A stretch of DNA of 64,000 bases, taken from contig RSEE01000133.1 in assembly GCA_003971905.1 (NCBI GenBank), positions 1 through 64,000 on the forward strand. Direction: 5' to 3'. The translations under genes and the position numbers were made by a program. Source of the stretch: Moniliella sp. 'wahieum'. Taxonomy: Eukaryota. The notes under the pieces are model-generated. The model had not been told where the DNA came from. It worked only from the letters and a program-made list of their open reading frames with translations, and made no database searches. Position 1 is the first letter of the stretch. Every line of letters begins with the position of its first letter. Positions 37,101-48,711 of this stretch are shown here, piece by piece.

Positions 37101-38837
37101 AGTGATGCAAGAGGCATCTCGCCAATAGCGAGGGCTATCCATTCATCGCTCTAGGTGAGGCCAGAGGAGCAGGAAGTGGACGGAGGGGGCGGAGGGAAGA
37201 ACAGAACAGGAGCAAGTGAGACTAAGAACAATTGAGTTGAGATCACACGAATTTAGACTCCCGCCATAGGATGGGTTTTGGAATCGTCGCGGACCTTAAA
37301 GGACAACCTTGAAGGACAGCCCTAAAGCTTAAAGGACGACCCTGAAGGACGACCCTATAACAGACGACAGCCTTTGTGTTGCTCCAGCAGACCTTAAGTC
37401 CGTCTGTGTGTTGCTTCCTCCAGCGAGAGCGACAAGGGACCAGCCGGACACACCCACTGAAGCCCTTGCAACCCTTTCGCCCGCGACCCAATGTCGCCCC
37501 CATAGCCCCTGTTACATTATGTGAACGGCTTGGGGCCGGAGGCTCAGCGCTCAGGCTCAGCATTGTCCATTCACTGGCAGGAGCCTGTGTCCTACTCCGC
37601 CAGCATGCCACGGCACATGGCACGCACGCCTGGTTAAGAACAGAACGGGGTGGTGCATAGGACGGGGAGATCAGCGTCGGCCAATGATTAATGATGCAAT
37701 GGCAGGCGTGGAAAACGTCGACCTACACAGGGGCATATACATATGCGTGCCATTTGACTGGGGAGGCGCTTGTGGTGTCGTGTGGGCCGAATCACGCTCC
37801 TCTGCGACATGTGGCAGCACTGCTACGGGCAAATGATCCCAAGTGACTAGTAACAGTAGAGTAACTAGAGTGACTGTCGCTACTGGAGTAAATTATGATG
37901 GAGGGCAGGGAAACGCCGTGGTGTGGGCCTGAGGCCTGAAGCCTTGACGCTTGCCACTTGAAGACCCGGCTGGGTGCCCGGTGTTTGGTCTGTGGATGGC
38001 GGGATAGTGACTATAATGGTGCCACACAGCGGCATGCCAATGCTCAGTACGTATGCAACTCACTGTATATGCGACCTCCTGTTCGGTATACCCCATCCGC
38101 AGACGTGGAAAACCTATCGAAACTAACCAGATGTGATGAACGACCCTTCCAGCTTCAAGCCTCAGGTCCTTCAGCAAACATCAAGGCCTCGCGGACAAGG
38201 GCGAATGTGATCGTTGAACGTCGATCTTAGATCTTCAGCAGAGTACCAGTGAGTGTGCGCGGAGAGTACTACTAGTAAACACTGTGAACACACTGTGTAC
38301 CTTACAGGCCATTATCAGAGCTCGCCTTGATGTCTTCATCAGTTTATCTCATTGATTGATCATCAGGCCTCAGGCAGGCCCACGCCTAAGGGAACCTGAA
38401 GTACCCATGTTAGTGTAACCAGGTGAGACCGAGTGTATACCACTGGTATGTCTACCATTCGTGGAAGTGATTGCTGGGAGGGCCAGACGCGAGCAGGTTG
38501 GCCGACACATAGACTGAAAATGTCTGGAATGAAAAAAGAGGTGCTGCAGCGCTTGATGGCCCCACAGCCTCAGCCTTGAGCGGTCGGATGGGCCTAACTC
38601 TCACCCCCGAACCTATAGGTGCGGCGCAGTGGCGCAGAGACTGTTGCGGCGTTTTCGAACGGCCGCGCGCATGTTCCCTGATGCTCCCTGTTCCATTTCT
38701 AGTCGTGAGAGCCACAGTGAGGCCGTGGAGGGCAGATGCGGCACGCTGTGGGGTACTCCCCGCGATCTGACGGCTTTAAGGCTGCCAATTGGCCGTATAT
38801 TGCGAGATGGTGAGCGAGAAGGCGCGCTTGGATTGGC

Positions 38838-38901
38838 CTTGAGGCTTGAAGCTTGAAGCTTGAAGCTTGAAGCTTGACTGGTCTTGAAAGCTTGAAGCTT
38901 G
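38838..38901. repeat. (GAAGCTT)n heptamer repeat
   Basis: About 7 units, partly interrupted. Confidence 0.85.
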
Positions 38902-39521
38902 ACCCCGCTTCAACGTGCGGAGAGGGGCCGCGGCCACTCAGCTATAGTAGCTCCATCAGGAACGTGGACACGTCGACCGTCAGAATACAACAAGAATCAA
39001 GCGGGCTGCACCACCACCTTGCACGACACCATTGTGTTGCGGCAGCTGTTTCGGCCAGTGTTTGCACCTTCTCAGTCTTCTCACTCTGCTCTTGCATGCC
39101 ACCTTTACATCGAGGTCCGGCTTGCCATGGTAAATGGAAGCATGATGCCTACCGCAGCGTCATCGATGCTCCGCAGCACGCGGTAACCGGAAGGCTAGCC
39201 AGGAAGATACGATCTGGCTATCTCGATCTCGCAACCAACATCCTCACCCCTTTCTGTTCAAAGTAGCTATGCATCTCGTTGTCTAGTGTCCCTTGGGTGT
39301 CCGCCAGCCACCCACTACATCTATGCCGGCCCAGAAAAGACGAGGAGAGGAGCATAAGCATGTGCATCATGGCGCCCCAGCGAGCTGGGCGCGACCAAAA
39401 GCGGGCGACCGAGCGCCTTTTGTGCGCCGTGGCTCCAAGCCGAGCCGACGCAACTCACTATCCGAGTCAACAAAGCCAGCTGAGAAAGTGCTCCAGGGCG
39501 CCGCTGCGCCCAGATGGCAGC

Positions 39522-39911
39522 TTAGTAGAAGTAGCCCAGGATCTTGCCACCGGCGTGCTTGCGACGCGCCTCCTCGTGGTCCATGATGCCCGCCGAGGTG
39601 GTGAGGACAATGAAGCCAAAGGACCGGGCAGGAAGCAAGTTCTCCACCCAGTTCTCCACCTGGCCCAGCTGGACGTTGAAGCGGGGCGAGATGACGCCGC
39701 ACTTGTTGACCCGCCCGTTGAGCTGGATGACAATCTTGCCGCTCCGGTGGTCGTCGACCTCCTCAAACTCGCCAATGTAGCCGTGCTTCTGCATCACCTG
39801 CAGGAACTTGATGATGACCTTGGACGACGGGCGGATGAGCACCTGCCGCTTGCCGCGCCGCTCGGCGTTGACAATGGCGTTGAGGCAGTCGTTCAGGACG
39901 GAGACACGCAT
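39522..39911 (-). CDS. RPS22: 40S ribosomal protein uS8 (S22/S15a)
   Basis: [35 protein letters not shown]. 5'UTR intron 39914-39970. Confidence 0.98.
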   Translation of the reverse strand: MRVSVLNDCLNAIVNAERRGKRQVLIRPSSKVIIKFLQVMQKHGYIGEFEEVDDHRSGKIVIQLNGRVNKCGVISPRFNVQLGQVENWVENLLPARSFGFIVLTTSAGIMDHEEARRKHAGGKILGYFY

Positions 39912-40253
39912 GGCTACGCGCAAGGTCAGCGCACAGGGCCGGGAGGACGGGGGGGGGGGGAGCGACGTACTGATGCTAGGCTTGGCGACGCTGGGCGAAG
40001 AGGTGGGTGAAGTCCAAGCGCTGGCCCGCCGCTGTGTCTCGAAGGCACACGGTGGGCGACAAATACAACCCTAGGCGCCGCGCCGCGTATTGCTGCGGCG
40101 AATTAAATACGGGCACACTGCCCGTGTGCCTGCCGCATCTGGGCGCAATGCGCGGGACGGCGCGCGGCGTCCGCCTAGGCCGCGGCAGCTCGCCCCCCGC
40201 CTCTTTGCTCCCCACCGTCTGCCACCCCCACCCTCCAAGCCAGTTCGTTCACC

Positions 40254-40758
40254 ATGGGCCGCGTTCGCACCAAGACCACCAAGCGCGCCGCTCGCGTGCT
40301 CATCGAGAAGTACTACCCTAAGCTCAACGCGAATGACTTCCACACCAACAAGCGTGTGCTGGACGAGGTGGCCATTGTCCCCTCCAAGCGGCTGCGCAAC
40401 AAGATTGCTGGCTTCACCACCCACCTCATGAAGCGCATTGCCAAGGGCCCCGTCCGCGGCATCTCCTTCAAGCTGCAGGAGGAGGAGCGTGAGCGCAAGG
40501 TACGCACCTTCACTGTCCCCCCCCCTCCTGGTATGAGTGTTTAGATACTGACTCGCTGTCGATTCCTAGGACCAATACGTTCCCGAGGTCTCGGCTCTCG
40601 ACACGGAGGCCAACGGCGGCCTCGAGGTCGACCCCGACACCAAGGCTATGCTGGGCGAGATTGGCTTCGCCTCGCTCCCCGTCACGGTGGGTGCGCCGAT
40701 CACCTCGGCCCAGCCGGAGCGCCGCGGCCGCCACGTGCCCGGTGCCGGCCGGCGTTAA
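40254..40758 (+). CDS. RPS17: 40S ribosomal protein eS17
   Basis: [31 protein letters not shown], intron 40500-40569, then [10 protein letters not shown]. Confidence 0.98.
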
Positions 40759-42099
40759 AATGCCGCCGCCTTGTCCTGCCTGGCCTTTTCCCCCAAAATT
40801 CCACCTGATGCCTGTCATTGCGTCTGGCTGGTTTGTACGCCATAATCCTATGGATTCCTCATGCACCCTCAGCCTGTGTTGATAATCTCTTTGAGTTGTG
40901 TGCCGGGTTTTACGCAGGTAGAAGCGATGACACAATGACAGGCAGTCTCTGGGCCTCGTCGGCACGGCTAGGGTCGGTGTGTGCGCCGCCTGGTACGGGG
41001 CCGGCGACTCTGTACTCGAGCTGAGGGCGACTTGATACAACCTGCTTCCCTTGGCTCGGTTCGGCGGCGCTGTGACTCTCCCGGACCTCTATTGAAGAAG
41101 CTTTTCGCGAGAGCGCACCACTGTCACTTCAACGAGCTACGAGCTGTGTACCAAGGTGTGGTTCGTCATATATCATAGTCAAGTTGAGGAGCTGTGCAAT
41201 GCACTCACAGTGCCACTTACTACACACCGCAGGCTGCAGTAACGTGAACACATGAATTGGGCCGGCGCGAGGAGGTGCGGGGCACGAATGGGGAGCTGAG
41301 ACTGCGGGCGACCGAGACGCTCGACACTGCCTTTGACCATTCTTTTCGATAGTGTTGACATAAGAAAGTTTATATACGGGTTTTGATTTCCTTCGTAACG
41401 TGGAACACGCAGCTGTGCAACACAACTATGCAAGACCAATTGCCTCAACATGGCGAGCGGGTCCGTGGTGGTCTGGACGCCATGTCGGGGACGTAACAAT
41501 CCCTTGGATCACCTGCTAAATGGAGGGGAAGCGGCGACAAGGCCACCAGACGTGCGGCACGCACACATAATAGTGCTTCGCCACTCGCTCCCGGCAGAGG
41601 ACCTGGACATCGAGAGTCTATATTATGTGGGGTTCTCACACCTCGTGTGGCGCAGCGGCCCTACACAAAGAAGGCGGGCATGCATCGCGGCCGAGCTACG
41701 AGGAGAGGATGCAGTGTCGCAGGATCGATGCCGCTCTCTCCCCCCAAGTCGTGACAGCATACGTGTGGCGGTGGCGCCCTGCACGGGGGTCGCCGCCAAA
41801 GGAGCTTCCACTTGGCCCAACCCCACTGTCTGCCGCCCTTCTCGCGGCTACATTGGACGAAGCTGGCGAGAGCGAGAGTCCTCTTCGCCGTGTGCGGGCC
41901 AGAAGAGAAAGTTGGACGAACAAACGTATTTAACCCCCAGCCGCGCGTCCTCAAAGCATCTCTTCCCCCACATCCTACCCCTCCCTCTTTCCGATCTCTC
42001 CCTTCTTCGTCTTTGACAGACTACACACTCCCTACCATCCTACTGTTGCTGGCACAGATTTCTCCCTCTTCCTTCTCTCCCACCTCTTTCCCACCAATC

Positions 42100-44189
42100 A
42101 TGCACCTCAGTGCCAACTTTGCCGCTCTTCTGCTGTGCGCGCTGGGCGCGTCGGCAGTCCCAAGTGGATCCACACCTCGTCCAGTGGAGGTTCCTCTCAA
42201 GCGCGGTGCGCGCGGAAACTTGCTCGGCCCTGATGGCCATGTCTCGTACGAAAAGATCGCCCAGGAGGTGGATCGTGTGCGAGCCAAGTACGTGCGCACC
42301 ATGAAGAACTACGAGGCCAACACCGGACACAAGCACCATATGGATGCTACCCATCTCCTTACCCCCGCCCAGCGCCGAGGCACCGGTACCGTCTCTCTCA
42401 CCGATACCGACAGCGAAGAGCTCTGGGTCGGTAACATCGCTTTTGGTTCGCCCCGCAACAGATCCCCATCGGTACGCTACCCCTTCTCGCTTGCTTGTCT
42501 ATGGACCGACGAGAGCATTGAAAGCAGAGAACTGAGAGCTGACTTGCACCGCACAGACTTTGACACTGGCTCTTCTGACACGCTGTGCAACCCCTCTGCC
42601 TACACCCCCTCCAAGTCGAGCACCAAGTCGGATACCGGCACCACGTTCCAAGACTCGTACGCTGACGGGACCACGGCTTCGGGCGAAGTGTACTCGGACA
42701 AACTGACCATCGGTGGTTTGACAGCGAACAAGGCCTACATTGGTTTGTCCAAACAAGCCTTTATCCAGGGCGAAGGTACAAGCCAAGGGATCAGCGGCAT
42801 GGCCTTCCCCTCTCTCCTCCTTCCAACAAAAGGAACCCTTTTTCCAATCCCTCATCTCATCCGGCGCGGTGGACGAGCATGCATTTCAGTTCCAGCTGCG
42901 CAAGTCGGGCTCGACATTGACGTTGGGTAAGTCAAGCAGCAGCGCAACCTGGGTCCCAGTCACCGACGCTTCCTACTGGTCCGTCCAGGGGTCCATCAAA
43001 GGTGGGTCAGGTAAGCGAGGCCTGGCCGGTCACCGTAAACTCGCCCGCCAGTTTGGATCGGCCGGTTCGCTCGGAGGATTCGGACTAGGATCGGAACCAT
43101 CCGGTGGGGGCTCTCAAGGTGGCGGAGGCATGGGAGGCGGCTCTCAAGGCGGCGGAGGCATGGGAGGCGGCTCTCAAGGTGGCGGAGGCATGGGAGGCGG
43201 CTCTCAAGGTGGCGGAGGCATGGGAGGCGGCTCTCAAGGTGGAGGAGGCATGGGTGGAGGTTCGCAGGGAGGCGGCGGTACTGGTGGGGGCTCTCAGGGC
43301 GGGGGTGGTACCGGCGGGGGCTCCCAAGGTGGTGGAGGCACGGGTGGGGGTTCGCAAGGTGGCGGCGGTACCGGCGGGGGCTCTCAGGGTGGCGGCGGTA
43401 CCGGTGGAGGCTCTCAGGGCGGGGGTGGTAACGGTGGCGGTTCTCAAGGGGGCGGAGGCACCGGCGGGGGCTCTCAACCGGGCGGTGGGGGCTCTGGGGT
43501 GGTGGATCTGGCGGTGGTGGATCTGGTGGTGGTGGATCTGGTGGTGGAGGATCTGGTGGAGGGGGCCAACTTCACGGCATCGTTGACTCTGGAACGACCC
43601 TCATCGTTAGTACGTATTCTTTTCCCCGGCCAGTTTTCTTCTGTCTGCGTTTTACTTCTACAGATTACGATGGACATCGCGTATGCTAACCACTGTTGCG
43701 GACAGCCCCCACGAGCGAAGCCCAAAGTCTATTCAAGTCGCTTGGACTGAAGAGTTCGACGCAGAACGGGCAGCTGACCGCCACTTACTCGTGCTCGCAA
43801 AAGCCCGATGTGAGTGTGACGTTTGGGAGCAAAACCATTTCGTTGGGCGACTCGACGTCCCACGGCACTGCTTCCGATGGCTCTTGCGTCTTTGCCGTTG
43901 TTGGTGCGGTACGTACTACTATACTTTCTGGCTGAGGGCTATTATAGTAGCTGACTCTTTCCTATCTTCCACTCTTTCCTCTTTCCCTGCAGAATGTTGG
44001 AACCACCGGTACCATCTTTGGCGACCCAGTCTTCCAACAGGCGGTACGTATCATACGACCCCGTCCATTCTCCCATTCCCAATCCCCTGTCTACCAGTGG
44101 ATGGCCCAGCCAAAACTGACCCTACATTCTTCCGTTGCGCGCAGACAATCACGTTTGACGTGGCGGGAAAGCGGGTTGGCTTTGAGTAA
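42100..44189 (+). CDS. Secreted pepsin-like aspartic protease (family A1) with Gly-rich insertion
   Basis: Signal peptide, propeptide, DFDTGSSD (42562), flap YADGT, GISGMAF, IVDSGTTLI (43585), IFGDPVF, FDVAGKRVGF. Introns 42472-42556, 43610-43705, 43909-43992, 44044-44144. Confidence 0.92.
43103..43562 (+). repeat. Coding 30-bp repeat (GGGSQGGGGM/T) x12 plus (GGGS)n
   Basis: Twelve 10-codon units with synonymous variation, followed by about 5 GGGS units. Confidence 0.93.
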
Positions 44190-44899
44190 GTGCACACGAC
44201 GCTGGTCGTCTCTGTTCACACCCACCCACCCGCACACATCCACACTACACGTTCACACACAGGTGATTGTGCGCCTAGTAGTCCCTTCTCTTCTGCACTG
44301 GAAGAGCGTGAAATTCTTCTTCCTGCAGCCATATGGGCAGTGAGACACAAAAAGGCCCCCACATCTCTTCTTCAACTCATTTCTGGATGCTATGCATGGA
44401 ATGCCCGGGAACGCACTGCATTGTTATCCAAAGCCTGTGCTCACACACCACAGCCAAGCTTCTCCTTTCTCTTTTGCTTTCTCCCCCACTATGATGCCCC
44501 GTACCCCTGGATGGGACCGGGCACTTCACATTGAATTCTTGTCTATGCCACGCGTCTGTCTGCCATGGCGCAACCAATACAAGCCACATAGATTGCCATC
44601 TCAGTCAACTTGTAGAGCATCCCACTCGATCATCCTCAAAATGATAGCATCATCTTCGTCGATAAACATACCTACTACTACAGTGCTATATATACTACTG
44701 TCACAAGCACACTTCTGCTTCTACAATGCTGGCACCGCGGCGTCTTCGACGATACGCAACTGGGCAACACATTGCAATGCACCCGTCTCGCAAAAGCGCA
44801 CAAGAGGGACCAACTGCCAGTGGCAGAAACAGCGCACAAAAGAGCCCATCGCCTCAGCTCTCGTAAGTATGACGCCCACAACGCCAACATCAAAACGAA

Positions 44900-47800
44900 A
44901 CGAAACCAAACCAAACCAAACCAACACACACGCTTTGACTCGAGTCGCCAGTCTACCCGCTTTACGCGTCGAACGAGAACGCGTGACCCGGGCCGGCGGC
45001 GCAGCGTGGTTCTCCTTATCCTCCACCTGCACGACGCGGTTGCGCAGCACGCGCTTCGGAGGCTCCACCTCGACCTGCACATGCACCTCCTCCCCCTCCC
45101 CATCTAACCCATCCTCCACGGGAGCCTGGTGCGAGCGGGTGAGGCGGGCCGGACGTACAGGCGTCGAAGCCAAAGCCGGCTGCTCTTCCAGCGCCTTGGC
45201 TGCCCGGCCTCGGCGGGTCGAGGTGCCGGGGCAGGGGCAGGGGCAGGGGCAGAGGCTGGGTCCTCCACTTCCTCAGAAGAAAGGTCACTTTGGGCCTTAG
45301 GTTTCCCCCTGCGGGCTGACGTGGATGGGGGGTTGGTCTTTGCCCTTGCTTGTCGACGAGTGCGCATAGCAGTCGGCGGATCAGCTGGCTCCCCCTCCGA
45401 TTCGTACTGGTTGGCCGGTCGGGCTGGGATGGAGCCGGGTGGGACTGAGGGGGGTCGCAGGGCTCGGCTTTGGACTTGGCATCCGCCGCGAGGGCAGGTT
45501 GCTCTGCCTCTTGTTCTTGTTCTTCTTCTTCATGAGCCGTATCTTCCTTCTCCGCTTCTTCCACATGCGGGGTAGCCTTTTTCGCCCTGCTGCGAGTGGA
45601 GCGGGTGGAGGCTGCGCGGGTGCGACGGGCCGGGGTATGGTGCGCAGCGGGAGGTTTTTTCCTTTTCTTCTTCCTCCTCCTTCTCCTTCTCCTCCTCCTC
45701 CTTCTCCTCTTCCTTCTCTCCTCCTTGTCCTTCTTCTTCCCCTTCTTCTCCTTCTTCTCAGCCTTCTTCCCTTTCTCCACCTTCTCCCACCTTCGCCTCT
45801 TGCTCCTCTCCTTCCTCTTCGACCTCCTCGCATTCTGCCTTGCCCGACTCGGCGGCATCCACCTCCTGTGTATCCATCTCCGCCTTGGTCCGGCGAGTAG
45901 AACGGGTAGAACGAGTAGACCGAGGAGGGCAGCAGCCGCGCGGCGAGAGCGCGTCGCTCGGGCCGGGGTGGACACGGCCTTGGTGGCCCGCGTGGAGCGT
46001 CGAACAGGCTCGGGGTGCTCGGGGTGAGAATCAGGACCTTGACTCCCTCTTCCTCGTTGGTCTCCTGTTCGGGCACAGGGCCTGTAGGCGCAGAGGGGAC
46101 AGCGTCTTCCGTCAGCTTGACATGCGGTTCTGCCACGGCAATGGGTTGAGCTCTTCCGATTCCGGTCCCTGCTCAGGTTCCTGCTCAGGTTCCTGCTCAG
46201 GTTGCTGCTCATCTTGGACTGGACACTGTGCCTGTGGTGCCTGCACGCGCTCAGGCTCGGCTTGTAATGCACCTTGCATCGCCTTCCCTTTCGCCAGCTC
46301 TTGTTCTTGGGGTGCTCCGCCTTCTGGCTGCAGGGTAGGTTCCTGCACCCCATCGGATCCCTTCTGCTCGCCGTCTTCCCGACTGGCATGGCCACTGGTA
46401 CCTCCTCGACCAGCTCGGGATGCTTTTCCTCGCCTGGCTCGGACAGTTGCACCTCCTCTGGCGACTGGGGTGGTTGGCCATGTACCGACTCGCGAGGCCC
46501 TGAAGGGACGACGTCCGTGGGCAAGGCGGCTGCGGGGTCATGGGCGAGCGGTGGGGACGATAGCATGTCAGGCTGCGGCGAGAGAGCAAATCGGTGTTGG
46601 ATCTGGGCGCTGAGTGCATCTGCCTGGGCCACTTGGCTCCCACGAGCTCCTCGGTGAACAAGGGGCTGAGACGGTGGCCGTCGGAGGGGCAGACGTCCCA
46701 CGCCGGCACCTGATCCGGCAGTTCGGTCACCAGGGCCGCCTCACACGGCTCCAACGCCCCCCTGGACCGCACTTCTGGTCATTAGGTTCCTCTTGCTGCG
46801 TGTGCATGTTTTGCTTCAGCCACGGTTCCTCGTCCGAAACGAACAGCGCAACGTTCGTCCACTCTCCCGTGCGGCCCGGAGCGCACCCCGAGCGACCGCC
46901 ATCTTGCCCAAGCTGCGGTGAGAGAGGCGGCGCCTCCCCGGCCCCTGGGGCAAGCATGGCCACGTCTTGCTCCGCGAGAGGCGCATGCACAGCGGGAAGG
47001 AGCGAAGGGGAAGGCTGGCTGAGCGCGCAGGGGGGAGGCAGACTGCAACGCCCACTAGGGGGAAGGGACGAACGTAGAGCCAAAGGACTGCTCAGGCTCT
47101 CGTCAATCTCCCGCTCGTCCGCGTCATCCTCCGCTTCCGGAGCCGCACGCGGGACTTGGCTCGGTTGGGCGGCCTGTACACCACCCAGCTCGTCCCAGTG
47201 GACATACGTCTCCTCGGGCCCGGGGGCATCGGAGAAGCGCTCTTGTTCTTCGTCGCCCTGGCCCTCGCTCTGGCCCTCGTCGTGGGCCTGGGTGCCATAC
47301 TGCACTGGGCTGCACGGCTGTTCCAGTGGGAGCGAGGACGCGGCCACAGGCTCCATCCAGGACTGGAAGAGCTGCGCTTCGGTATGGGCAATGAGGGTGC
47401 GGGTGCGAAGGGAGGTGTGACGAGAGGATCTTTTGGGCGAAAGGCGCAGGGGAGAAGGCAATTGGTACCCCAACCCCAATCCCATTTCTGGTGCCGGAGG
47501 GGCCGGTGGGGCAGGTGCGGGAGGCGGGGGCAAGGAGCTCGGGTTCCCAGTCCATGGCCATATCGTCGGTTGCTACAGGCAGGGGATCAGGCAAGCCGAG
47601 GGGGTCCATCTGCGTCTGTGTCCCTACGGTCACGGTCACGGCCACGTCCTCGTCGGCCGGCGCACGTTCCACATCCGACAGGGACACGAATCCCTCGGGC
47701 GGAAGCTGGGGCGGGAGCATGGCAGCCACATCCGCATGTGGTTCCTCGGACTTGTGGGGAATGTAGGAGATGCCCGTGACGATTTCGGGGGCAAAGGAGG

Positions 47801-48475
47801 CGCGTTTGCGCGGCGTTGGCGGGCGCGCGGGTTCGGCCGGCATCTTGGTCGGGGACAGGGCGCTTTTGCGCGGTTGGAGCGTCCGGTGGTTCGACTGTCT
47901 GCGGTGGAGGGTCGGACTGGGGGGGGGAGAGTCGAGCGGCGAGTGGGCCTGGCTTGTCGGTTGGTCGGTCGTCGTGGACCAGCGATTGGCCGCGCGCGCC
48001 AGCAGGTCCCAGTCGGGTCCGGCGGGCGACGCGATCTCCGCCACGCCGACGAGGTCGGGATGGGGCTTGGTGGGGTGTTTGTGGCCTTCCGGCGTGGCGA
48101 GCGCGTCCATCTCGTGCTGCAGCAGCTCGGCGTCGGAGAGGGCCGGGGCGGGATGGCCGTCGGGGTAGCGGAGGACGAGCTTGAGCCAGTCGATCTTGAT
48201 CTCGTCGCCCTCGTGGAGGGGGAAGGACTTGGAGCGCTTGGGCTCGGGCTGGTGGAGGGTGCCGTTGAGGTGGAGGCCGTTGGCGCATAGAGCTTGAGCC
48301 TGGCGTGGCCCGTGGCGGGGTCGAAGAGCAGCTTGGCGTGCTTGGAGGACGCTCTCGTTCATCAGACGGATGCTGCTGCGGGCGAGCGGCCGGATGGTGA
48401 TGGCGTGTGCTCGGCGTGGAAGCGGCGCTCCTTGCCGCCCACATCGAGCAGCAGCGTGGCGAAGACGTGCGACAT
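44900..48475 (-). CDS. Large FHA-domain protein with disordered, acidic then basic C-terminus
   Basis: N-terminal FHA reconstructed across frameshifts (ITI-GRSP..ESVS-KHAKL..NGLHLNG..LHEGDEIKID), then about 1000 aa Pro/Glu-rich with a polyE tract and R/T/S-rich tail. End approximate. Confidence 0.72.
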
Positions 48476-48549
48476 GGCGGTGGCGGGGGGGAAGCAGGTG
48501 GGGGTGGTGGGTGGGCCAGCAGCTGGAGGACGTTCTATCGCGCGCGCCC

Positions 48550-48680
48550 CACGTGACCGCGTCACCCGCGCGCTCACGTGACAAGCACCCACGTGACAAG
48601 CACCCCCACGTGACAAGCACGTCCACGTGACTGGTCGCTCCCCCCCCCCACACACGCACACACCCGCCCCGCATCACGTG
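48550..48680. promoter_or_regulatory. Cluster of six CACGTG E-boxes (five CACGTGAC) in a bidirectional promoter
   Basis: CACGTG at 48550, 48575, 48590, 48607, 48624 and 48675, between divergent ATGs at 48475 and 48712. Confidence 0.65.
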
Positions 48681-48711
48681 CCGCCCCCACGCGCTGTTCA
48701 CCGCCACCAGC

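Noticed and set aside
41450..42016. 188-aa ORF upstream of the protease
   Set aside because: No domain signal; it overlaps the probable promoter/5'UTR.
43104..43586. Helical EAWEAALKVA repeat ORF
   Set aside because: It is an alternate frame of the Gly-rich repeat; third-position variation fits the Gly frame.
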